Made by a program: the position numbers and the translations under genes
Source of the DNA: an uncultured virus (IMG/VR IMGVR_UViG_3300033148_003111)
Taxonomy: Duplodnaviria > Heunggongvirae > Uroviricota > Caudoviricetes
Direction: 5' to 3' (one strand)
DNA length: 64,000 bases
Virus record (IMG/VR): IMGVR_UViG_3300033148_003111
Shown here: positions 55,856 through 64,000 of the stretch, piece after piece
How positions within the stretch are numbered: the stretch's first letter is position 1
Layout of the letters: each line of letters starts with the position of its first letter
The notes under the pieces: model-generated
Told to the model about the DNA's origin: nothing
The model's database searches: none
What the model saw: only the letters and a program-made list of their open reading frames with translations

Positions 55856-56907
55856 AAATACAAGTTTACAGCTATTTCCATATCCCCTTTAACTCCATCT
55901 CGATTGTCTCCGCTAATTGGATAAAACAGCTTTCCCATTTCGGCCATGATGTGAAGGTGGCCGACTACTCCGGGCAGAACAGTAGATTCGAGGATATTGT
56001 TGAGTTCCTGGGAGAGCACCTGGAACCCGCGCCGGTCGGGATCTACTTCGGGTATCCATCCTATCTGAAAACCCTCGGGAACCCGGTTGCGAAGCATCGC
56101 CGCAGGGTCGGCGTGTTCGTGACCGAAACCGATCTCAAGCAGACCGAGGGCGTGTATCTCACCAAAATCGATTGGGACCGCATCTGTGTTCCGTCTTCCT
56201 ATTGTAAGGAATTGTTCGCCAAGCGAAACAAGAAGACATCGAACCTCATGGTGGTGAATCACGGGCTGGCAGACACATTTATCTACAGGGGTGGTGATAA
56301 TCCTCCGAAGCGCGAGAAGTTTACCTTCCTCTACATCTTCCAGAACAGTTATAGCGGTGGAACGGTTGCCCGGAAAAACCTGGACGGACTACTTGAAGCC
56401 TACCGGATGTTCAAGACCAAGCACGATGCCGATCTCATAATTAAGACGACATCCAATATCGGAGCGGACATCCCCGGCCTCGAAAAAACTTATGGAGTTA
56501 GATTCGACATCCGATACTTAACTCCGCTGGAACTGGTCGAGCTATACAACTCCTGCCACGCCTACGTAAACCCCTCCAAGGCCGAGGGCTTTGGGATGAC
56601 CGTACTGGAGGCGATGTCCTGCGGCCTCCCAGCCATCTCGCCGGTACATAGCGGCCTCACGGAATTCCTCACCGAATCCAACTGCATTCCGATCCGGTTC
56701 TTCCCCAAGCGGGAACACTATCGGTACGCAACCAACGACGGAAAAATCTTCAAGGTAGCTCCATCAGACATGGCGGAATCGATGATCCTGTGTTACGAAA
56801 ACTATGATTATTATAGAAAAAATGCCGAGATTCAGTTATCATACATTCGTGAGCGATTCACCTGGGGCAACGTGCTAAAGGAGTTCAATAGATGGCTAGA
56901 AGCGTGA
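55852..56907 (+). CDS. glycosyltransferase family 4
   Basis: RKNLD, PSKAEGFGMTVLEAMSCGLP. Confidence 0.92.
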   Translation: MKIQVYSYFHIPFNSISIVSANWIKQLSHFGHDVKVADYSGQNSRFEDIVEFLGEHLEPAPVGIYFGYPSYLKTLGNPVAKHRRRVGVFVTETDLKQTEGVYLTKIDWDRICVPSSYCKELFAKRNKKTSNLMVVNHGLADTFIYRGGDNPPKREKFTFLYIFQNSYSGGTVARKNLDGLLEAYRMFKTKHDADLIIKTTSNIGADIPGLEKTYGVRFDIRYLTPLELVELYNSCHAYVNPSKAEGFGMTVLEAMSCGLPAISPVHSGLTEFLTESNCIPIRFFPKREHYRYATNDGKIFKVAPSDMAESMILCYENYDYYRKNAEIQLSYIRERFTWGNVLKEFNRWLEA

Positions 56908-58226
56908 GACTCAATCCCCATGAACAGAAGGTGATTAGCATCTTCAAGGAATTTCTGCATCGTGATCCTACCCAGGAAGAGATAAGCAAGTACCGGAAGA
57001 TCGGTCACGTAGTTCTGCGAGACATCGTAAAAGGGATGCAGCACGAAGAATTCATGCGCCGGGAGGAAGGACAGATTTTTCACAATGCCAAGAATTGTCA
57101 AAAGGAATTCGGCATTACCCTGGTCGGCCCGTATAACAAGAAGTGTGGAATCTCTACGTACTCCGAACATTTGTATCAGCAATTCATCGAACTTGGAATT
57201 TCTTGCAACGTCCTGTCCACTGACGAGCGCAACCGGGAGCAGAGATCAACCGAGGAAGGCGTGATTCCGTGTTGGGGGCCTGGGGATGATATGGATTACA
57301 AAATCCTCAAGGGAGCAACCGAGGCCGGGAACATAGTGGTGCATATCCAGCACGAATTCGGTCTTTTCCCCAACAACAGCGTGTTCTTCAATCTCCTGAC
57401 CATGTTGAAACAATGTGGATTCAAAGTAGTCGTCACCATGCACACCCTGATGGAAACCAAGTTTTATGACCGATTTTTCATGCCCGCCGATGTCTTGATT
57501 GTCCACTCCGAAGATGCGGCCACGCGACTATATGGTGGCGGGGTGAACAATCTGACAGTCATTCCCCACGGGACGGATCGGCCCATTAACCACACGTTCG
57601 ATGTCCAGAAAGCCTTTGAATTCGTGAACCGGTTTTTCAACGGATCGATGCAGATCGACAACATGGTCTTTGCAAGCTCAGTTGGATTCATCTCAAAGAA
57701 CAAAATGCAGGAGGAAACCCTGAGAGCGGCGACGATTGCCGCCAGTCGGATTCCTAACCTGCACTTCCTGATGATCGGCTCCACCGGCAGACGATCCTAT
57801 GACATCGATTACCTGCCCCTACTCAAAAACCTGGAGACAGAGCGGGTCAAGGTGGTCAACAGGTTCCTCACCAAAGAAGAGATCGAGATGGTCCTGAGGC
57901 TGTCCAATTTCTCGGTTATGAACTATGAGCAAACCAACTTCTCCATCAGCGGGGCATCTCATCTTCTAATGACCTACGGGGTTCCAAGCATAAGTTCACA
58001 TGCGAGAATCTTAAATGATCTGACCGAAGACATGAGTATCAAGGTCAGGCCGGAAGACGTGGGCCAAATCGCGGACGCGATGGTTCTTCTCTGTCAGAAC
58101 GTCGAAATGAGATCGAACATGGGAAAGACTGCCTTTTCCAGAGGAACAGAAACTACTTGGGATAAAGTTGCAGGGAGACATTTCAATGTGTACAGGAAAA
58201 TCGCAAATGAAAGTCGATCCAAATGA
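56904..58226 (+). CDS. glycosyltransferase family 4 with N-terminal DUF4214-like helical domain
   Basis: CGISTY, HIQHEFG, VTMH, IPHG, GFI..NK; N-terminal FLHRDPTQEE. Confidence 0.85.
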   Translation: MRLNPHEQKVISIFKEFLHRDPTQEEISKYRKIGHVVLRDIVKGMQHEEFMRREEGQIFHNAKNCQKEFGITLVGPYNKKCGISTYSEHLYQQFIELGISCNVLSTDERNREQRSTEEGVIPCWGPGDDMDYKILKGATEAGNIVVHIQHEFGLFPNNSVFFNLLTMLKQCGFKVVVTMHTLMETKFYDRFFMPADVLIVHSEDAATRLYGGGVNNLTVIPHGTDRPINHTFDVQKAFEFVNRFFNGSMQIDNMVFASSVGFISKNKMQEETLRAATIAASRIPNLHFLMIGSTGRRSYDIDYLPLLKNLETERVKVVNRFLTKEEIEMVLRLSNFSVMNYEQTNFSISGASHLLMTYGVPSISSHARILNDLTEDMSIKVRPEDVGQIADAMVLLCQNVEMRSNMGKTAFSRGTETTWDKVAGRHFNVYRKIANESRSK

Positions 58227-58926
58227 ACATTATGAAGAGGGATACTTTTTCCCTCAAACCAGGACGTACCTGGATGAATTCAACAACGAACGCGAGTATC
58301 GCGGGCCAGCTAAGGACTGGCACGGGTTCACCGAAATCGCCCAATGGTTGAAACTCAATTTCCCTGATGCCCATACCATCTACGACATCGGGTGCGGGCC
58401 GGGGAGTTTCGTGGCTCGGGCCTCACAGATAGGATTCCTGTGCCGGGGGATTGACATCAGCAAGTGGGCCATCAAGAACTGCGTCGAGGGAGCCAGGGGC
58501 AGGCTCCAGGTTGTAAACATTATCAAAGAGAATCCTTCCCACATCCAACACGACATGGTTACGGCCCTGGACCTGATGGAGCATATCTACGAGAAGGATC
58601 TGGACAAAAGCCTGGACTACATCTATCAGTCGATTCGCAGCGAGGGAATCTTCTTCGCCTGTATCGCTACCGCAAGGAACCAGAACGAGATCTGGACCCA
58701 TACCAGCGAGGAAGATGAAGTCCCGCCAAACAAGAGATGGCTTGCCATCTCTGGCCATGTTAACATCAAGTTCATGGACTACTGGATCAAGAAAATGGAA
58801 TCGACCGGCCTCAAGACCGACTACGAGAGCATGGTGAAATTCCAGATCTGGAGAATGCAGCACAGCGAGTTGTCGGCCCTGGATTCTTGGAGCCTGTTGA
58901 ATGTCTACATCGGGAGGAAGCCTTGA
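58207..58926 (+). CDS. class I SAM-dependent methyltransferase
   Basis: YDIGCGPG, GIDIS, DLMEHI, GHVN. Confidence 0.9.
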   Translation: MKVDPNEHYEEGYFFPQTRTYLDEFNNEREYRGPAKDWHGFTEIAQWLKLNFPDAHTIYDIGCGPGSFVARASQIGFLCRGIDISKWAIKNCVEGARGRLQVVNIIKENPSHIQHDMVTALDLMEHIYEKDLDKSLDYIYQSIRSEGIFFACIATARNQNEIWTHTSEEDEVPPNKRWLAISGHVNIKFMDYWIKKMESTGLKTDYESMVKFQIWRMQHSELSALDSWSLLNVYIGRKP

Positions 58927-58957
58927 AATATCTGGTCATGTGGAAAAAGGAAAATCC

Positions 58958-59836
58958 ATGAAATACGGAGTGATTTCAATCGATGCGCCTGAATCGGTCA
59001 ACGATGCAAACATCCTGATCGAGTGGGCGGCAAAACAAATGCTCGGCCTGGGTGAAGCAGCGGTTTCGGTTTCCGTGTTCAAGATGCCGACCGATGAACA
59101 GATCGATCAGTTGAACCAGTGCGATTTCGTACTACTCCCCGGCTCCACTCTTCTTGCCAAGGGAGATACGCAGAGCTTAGCCCTGGCCGCATTGCCGAAG
59201 ATCAAGGTTCCCAAGATCTGCTCCGGGGCATCAGCCTGGGGTCCGCGTCTGCCTCCCTATACGGAAATCCTCAAGCACATCACCCCCCCGGTCGGGTGCC
59301 GCGACCCCTACACCTTCGGCCTGTGCCAGATGCAGGACATTGAGGCGATGATTATCGGGTGCCCGGTTATGCACCTTCCCCAGAGGGAAACAACCAAGCC
59401 TGATAAGAAGTTTTCTATCGTGAGCTTCGGAAGAGATGAGTGCGATGTCCAGATGGAAATCTATCGGGGCCTCTACGGGACAAAGATTGTGGCCCTGCAA
59501 GAACCAGGAGTCGAGGCCGGATTCGCCCGAAGCATGGGGTTGGATTCATTCAACTACAAAGATTCCGAACTGGTGATGGACTACTTCTCTCGCTGCGATG
59601 CCGTTTACAGCGGAAGGCTCCACGGAATCCTCCCGGCCATCTCGCAGAGAAAGCCCATCTGCTTTTTCGGTGACGACAAGGACACGCGGTTCTCGCTATT
59701 TGGTTTGCTGGACATTCCGGTCCATCCGATCATTAATGGTCGAAGGTTCGATGCCATCTGGCCGCTCAAGTACGGGAGCCGGGTGGAAGGAATAACCAAC
59801 AATTTCAAGAGATGGATGAAATTCTCAGGTTTTTAG
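58958..59836 (+). CDS. polysaccharide pyruvyl transferase family protein
   Basis: GCRDPYT, IGCP, SGRLHG.LPA. Confidence 0.85.
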   Translation: MKYGVISIDAPESVNDANILIEWAAKQMLGLGEAAVSVSVFKMPTDEQIDQLNQCDFVLLPGSTLLAKGDTQSLALAALPKIKVPKICSGASAWGPRLPPYTEILKHITPPVGCRDPYTFGLCQMQDIEAMIIGCPVMHLPQRETTKPDKKFSIVSFGRDECDVQMEIYRGLYGTKIVALQEPGVEAGFARSMGLDSFNYKDSELVMDYFSRCDAVYSGRLHGILPAISQRKPICFFGDDKDTRFSLFGLLDIPVHPIINGRRFDAIWPLKYGSRVEGITNNFKRWMKFSGF

Positions 59837-59845
59837 GAGTCAGAT

Positions 59846-59959
59846 ATGCCCTGGCCTGGACCTACATTTCCGCATATCAGAAAAGAGGTATTAGGAGTTG
59901 GCGATCCCGCTGTTCTGCAACTACTCAATAACGGGAATGCATCTCTAAATGTTCCTTAG
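59846..59959 (+). CDS. 37-aa small ORF
   Basis: AGGAG SD; fills the gap between cluster genes. Confidence 0.35.
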   Translation: MPWPGPTFPHIRKEVLGVGDPAVLQLLNNGNASLNVP

Positions 59960-59984
59960 CAATCTTATTAAGTAGGAGAAATCT

Positions 59985-61046
59985 ATGCCCGAAGTATCTG
60001 TTATTCTCAATACGGCCAGGTCCGGTCACACAATGGTTGGATTCCCTGATATCCATCACTTCAAGTACACCATCGGTGCCCTGAGAAGGCAGAGTTTTTC
60101 TGACTTCGAGCTTGTTATCTCCGACTATCTCTACGATAAACGAAGTTTTGATTGGGATTCAATTGGTGACTTACGATTCCAAATATTCCACGTTCCAGTA
60201 GTCCATAGTATCGCTAAGAACATGGGATATGCTGCCATATCTGCGACCAAGAACGCGGGTGCGATGTTCGCAAGTGGTCGATTCCTCATCTTTCTCGATG
60301 ACTGTTGTTCCTTCCCATCTGAATTTGTTCAACGGATGTATGAAACCTGGATGGGAACCGGGTCTTTCCCAAACGCCTTACATATCAAGGAACTAGGCTC
60401 CACGAACTACCGCGATGCCAACGGCGAACTGATACGTGACTGTCGATATAAAATCTTGGAAGACAGGAAGGTCAAGGTTCTCGTAGATGCTTTCAATCTC
60501 TATGGGTACTCAAGTTGTTCGATGGAAGCGATGTTGAGATTGAACGGCTTTGCGGAAATTTTCGACTTTTCCAGGCAACTCGAAGACATCCATTTCGGTG
60601 AGAGATTGAAGGCAGCTGGATACCACATCTCGTTACATAAGAATCTGTTTGTTGCGGAGCAAGAACACTACCAAATCGCCCCTGACCCCGGAGGCACATC
60701 TACCCCCAAGCACTTCCCAGAAGACCCGCACGAATTCAAAGAAAATCTCAAGTGCAACGGTCCATTCTATCAGATGATGGTTGAGCGTAGGGGTGATGAC
60801 ATGATAAAGTCCAACCATCGGGCCATGACCATTCAGGAATTGGGGAAGATCAATCCCTGCTACATGCTCAACGGATCGGGATGCAAGATGTCTGGGCTTC
60901 CCTGTAACTGGCTCAACCCGGATGGAACAACCCGGCATCTCAAGCATCCAGACGCCAAGGAATTCTTCGACAACCAGCCGATTTTCAGTCTTGAACAGAT
61001 GCGCCAGGAAAGCCTCACGCGGAAAGAGGGGTATCGAGTTAAATGA
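59985..61046 (+). CDS. glycosyltransferase family 2 (paralog A)
   Basis: VSVILNT, QSF.DFELVI.D, IFLDD, LNGF.E.FD...ED. Confidence 0.85.
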   Translation: MPEVSVILNTARSGHTMVGFPDIHHFKYTIGALRRQSFSDFELVISDYLYDKRSFDWDSIGDLRFQIFHVPVVHSIAKNMGYAAISATKNAGAMFASGRFLIFLDDCCSFPSEFVQRMYETWMGTGSFPNALHIKELGSTNYRDANGELIRDCRYKILEDRKVKVLVDAFNLYGYSSCSMEAMLRLNGFAEIFDFSRQLEDIHFGERLKAAGYHISLHKNLFVAEQEHYQIAPDPGGTSTPKHFPEDPHEFKENLKCNGPFYQMMVERRGDDMIKSNHRAMTIQELGKINPCYMLNGSGCKMSGLPCNWLNPDGTTRHLKHPDAKEFFDNQPIFSLEQMRQESLTRKEGYRVK

Positions 61047-62053
61047 ATCCTCGTATAAGCATTGTCCTGAACACCAAGCAAGAACTCTATCCGATGCCTG
61101 GACTCGAAGATGAAAGTATCTATTCTATTCTCATTAAGTACCTCAAGGAACAGTCCTTCGATAATTTTGAGCTTATCATCGTAGATGGATACTTCGAAGA
61201 ACGAAAAGACAGCTTCCAATATCTCAAGCTCCCCTTCCCGTTCAAGTATACTCATCCGAAGCCTAGTCCGTGGGATAATCACGAACACGCGATTCACATT
61301 TCTAGCGACCGCAACACCGGCATCATGCTTGCTCGGGGTGAGCTTATTATGTGCCTGGATGACTGCATCGTCCCAATGTTCGGTGATACGTTCCAACAAA
61401 TCATCGAGTGGTGGGACAAGGGCTTCCTTCTCAGGCCGATGTTAAATGGAAAAGACTACGAAACAACCGACCCCACCGGAACTGGATTTTGCTTTATAGA
61501 TGATTTCTACAAAGAGATGAAAAAACATCCAGAAAGGAAACTCGGAAGCGGCTTGTTTGTAGCAAGCGGTCATCGCGGAGGCGTGTTCCTGTTCCCGGCC
61601 TGGATTTACGAAAGACTCAACGGGTTCGATGAACGCTTCGACTCGATGAAAAGAAACCAGGATTGCGATTTCACCGACCGGGCAGATATGCTCGGAATCA
61701 AGAGATTCAGTTTCCCCAGAGAACATCCATTTGTCAGGATCGAGCATGCCCATGAGATATACAACCTCAACACGAATTTCGTCTGTAATGAAGCATACAT
61801 GCAGTACGCCAGAATCCAAACGCAGCATCACGGGGAGACTCGCGCAAACCAAAGAATCCTTGACTCCAGCGATGTTGAAGCAATAAAATCGAGGTGTAAA
61901 AGTTGTCATCTACAAGGCGCATGTAAAAAAGATGAGCCACCGGGACTAGACTTTTACTTGAAATATCAGCCGGTTTTCGACCTAGCAGCGAAGAGAAAAG
62001 AGATGATCCAAAGGTACGGAGAAGCGACTGGTGTAGTTGAAGTGGAGTGGTGA
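61043..62053 (+). CDS. glycosyltransferase family 2 (paralog B)
   Basis: ISIVLNT, QSFDNFELIIVD, CLDD, LNGFDERFD; shares QPxF.L C-terminus with paralog A. Confidence 0.85.
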   Translation: MNPRISIVLNTKQELYPMPGLEDESIYSILIKYLKEQSFDNFELIIVDGYFEERKDSFQYLKLPFPFKYTHPKPSPWDNHEHAIHISSDRNTGIMLARGELIMCLDDCIVPMFGDTFQQIIEWWDKGFLLRPMLNGKDYETTDPTGTGFCFIDDFYKEMKKHPERKLGSGLFVASGHRGGVFLFPAWIYERLNGFDERFDSMKRNQDCDFTDRADMLGIKRFSFPREHPFVRIEHAHEIYNLNTNFVCNEAYMQYARIQTQHHGETRANQRILDSSDVEAIKSRCKSCHLQGACKKDEPPGLDFYLKYQPVFDLAAKRKEMIQRYGEATGVVEVEW

Positions 62054-63753
62054 TGCCAGAGGTTCCGATTCCAGGTACGCATCGTGACGTTTGGGTCTTT
62101 CACGAATTACTGAGAACCATCGCAGTACACTACCAGAATCCTCCCCTAACAATGGAGGATTCCCTGTTTGGAACTTCCACGTTTTTCTTCGATTACTCCA
62201 ATGCCGCCACCGAAGCCAAGAGGGGAATGCTCTACAAGACCGGGGCGGTGGATGTGAACGCAGCGGGATATGAGAACCAGAACAAGGCCGACCACAACAA
62301 GTACGAGTACGTATCCGGCAAGACCGGCAACCAGTCAACGAAGAGAACCGATTTCGGACCCTCTCATAAGTGGTTGTACATCTATCGGGCCTGGTACAAC
62401 TATCTCTTAGCGAACCCGGTAAAACCTGAATTTTGCATCCTGGGACCGTTCTACGCGGCCTATATCAGAAACTCGGGAATCGAGATCGGCGGCAAGTGGT
62501 ATTCCCCTCATTCATCTCTACCAGCCCATCCCGAAGCTCGGGCACATTACGCTCCTGGTAATTATCTCGACCTGCAAGATTTCCTCGATATTGTCAACCC
62601 CCTCGGTCATTTCCCGCCCGGAGTTGATATTCTGAAAGACAACCGGATCGTGTTCTTCGACCCGGCGCAGCGTGATGACTTCCAGGCCAGGTTTCAGGAG
62701 AATTACGAGAGTGATGCCCCGACAATGATCGATGCCTGTATAAGACAGGGCAGGAGAATATACTACCACGAACTTATCGAACCAGTCGGAAAGTATGGAA
62801 TCAGAATCAACTTCGCTCCTATCGGGATGGGAATGGCTTACGAAGTCCCGCTTGATTGGTTGACCTTCCTGTACACCGAAGGCCAGCTTACCGATAATGC
62901 TTTCCATTACAGCGGGAACAGGTACGGAGTAGAAGAGGCTCACTTCGATATCCGGCCCAAGCGGGCCATGAGTAGTTTTTTCGCCCGCGATTCCTGGTTA
63001 CAGTGTTGGATCAACCAGGGCAAGATTCCTATGGACCCCCAGGAACTTGCAAATGTCTACCGGGGAAAAGTGATTGGGATGAATCCTTGTCCCTACACCG
63101 AAATGATGTACCCGGTTGAAATTAAGAAGAGATCAGTCAAGCGTGGGTTCGCGGATTTCTTCGCGCCCATCATGGAGTTTGGTTTCGCGTGTGCGGCGGT
63201 TGCGATTGCGGTGGCGAGGGGAGATCCAAGCCTTTTCATCGGAATCGCCGCGACAACTCTCAGGAATGTAATCAGTCAAGCACTTCCGTCGATTGCGGTT
63301 TACTCAGATATGGCAATCGTCGGCTTGACCGCAGCGGCCTTGAGTGAATTCAAGATGAACCAGAACGACAAGGAGGCCAAGAACAGTGCATTCAACATGC
63401 TGAAAGGCATGTGCGATTCCGAGTACCGGAAAATGACCGGAATCGAGCAAGAGAACTTCGATGCCGACACAAATGATCTCGTCAACACCGTGGACAACAT
63501 AGTAACCGACAAGCAAAAAAAAATCTTGGCCGCTATAACAGACCAGTTGGAAAATAGATCAAGTGCCCTCATCGGGAACCTAGCTGTGGCATCTATGCAG
63601 TTCCAGGTGTACCCGCAATTCCAAATAGCAGCGGCAAGTCAGATAGTTCAGTCCGACATCCAATTCGAGAAGGCCAAGAAGACCGGATCTAACATCATGT
63701 TGGGAACCGGTCTTGTGGCTGGCGCGTTACTTTTGAAAAAAATTCTCAAGTAG
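62047..63753 (+). CDS. large membrane-associated virion protein, C-terminal TM
   Basis: Globular N-terminus, hydrophobic hairpin, coiled coil; ends LGTGLVAGALLLKKILK. Confidence 0.7.
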   Translation: MVMPEVPIPGTHRDVWVFHELLRTIAVHYQNPPLTMEDSLFGTSTFFFDYSNAATEAKRGMLYKTGAVDVNAAGYENQNKADHNKYEYVSGKTGNQSTKRTDFGPSHKWLYIYRAWYNYLLANPVKPEFCILGPFYAAYIRNSGIEIGGKWYSPHSSLPAHPEARAHYAPGNYLDLQDFLDIVNPLGHFPPGVDILKDNRIVFFDPAQRDDFQARFQENYESDAPTMIDACIRQGRRIYYHELIEPVGKYGIRINFAPIGMGMAYEVPLDWLTFLYTEGQLTDNAFHYSGNRYGVEEAHFDIRPKRAMSSFFARDSWLQCWINQGKIPMDPQELANVYRGKVIGMNPCPYTEMMYPVEIKKRSVKRGFADFFAPIMEFGFACAAVAIAVARGDPSLFIGIAATTLRNVISQALPSIAVYSDMAIVGLTAAALSEFKMNQNDKEAKNSAFNMLKGMCDSEYRKMTGIEQENFDADTNDLVNTVDNIVTDKQKKILAAITDQLENRSSALIGNLAVASMQFQVYPQFQIAAASQIVQSDIQFEKAKKTGSNIMLGTGLVAGALLLKKILK

Positions 63754-63765
63754 GAGGATACCAAG

Positions 63766-64000
63766 ATGGCACATCACATCGACAAAGTAGTGGAAATTTT
63801 CAAAAAGGTGGTGGGCAGAGAGCCAAAAAGCAACGACATGAATTCAATCTACTCCATCGCCCAACAAGAAGTCACCGAGGCGCAGATCGAGGAATTTTTC
63901 AGCGGACTTCCCAAGTCCGAAGAATACCTCGATACCCTGGAGAACAATGGGGTAGTCGAAGAGATGGATGATCCAACCCCGCCACCGGAGGAACCCGACG
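63766..64000 (+). CDS. partial ORF, DUF4214-like N-terminus
   Basis: AGGAGG SD; MAHHIDKVVEIFKKVVGREP...SEEY, open to the window end. Confidence 0.6.
   Translation, partial: MAHHIDKVVEIFKKVVGREPKSNDMNSIYSIAQQEVTEAQIEEFFSGLPKSEEYLDTLENNGVVEEMDDPTPPPEEPD

Noticed and set aside
1..64000. Alternative genetic code or archaeal host
   Set aside because: Standard-code ORFs tile the window densely, and sigma70/sigma54 promoters, an IHF site and an M23 peptidase indicate a bacterial host.

Overview
The window looks like most of one bacterial virus (or provirus/phage-plasmid) genome with no host genes. Two gene blocks diverge from a control region at ~27.5-28.3 kb. The minus-strand arm (1-28128) carries early and replication genes: a Fis-type HTH protein, a DUF4120-like protein, a Ycf46-like AAA ATPase module (DUF3150/DUF1257 x2/DUF2997-like), a Cas4-like exonuclease, SSB, ParB-like, RecU, a primase-helicase with a candidate origin, a DNA methyltransferase, a tyrosine recombinase and a possible Acb4-like anti-CBASS protein. 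It appears to be driven by a sigma54 promoter with an IHF site and three TGT-N11-ACA boxes. The plus-strand arm (28327-64000) is a morphogenesis block with no recognisable terminase, portal, HK97 capsid or tail genes. It has a transglutaminase-like (Cys-His-Asp) protein, about 12 mostly small single-TM proteins, six signal-peptide-bearing fibre/LamG/beta-helix proteins, an Arg-rich NP-repeat membrane protein, three ~200-aa candidate single jelly-roll capsid proteins, an M23 peptidase and a 7-gene glycosylation cluster. Best interpretation (inference): an unusually large tailless, membrane-containing virus. All family calls come from motif recognition by eye and need HMM or structure confirmation.
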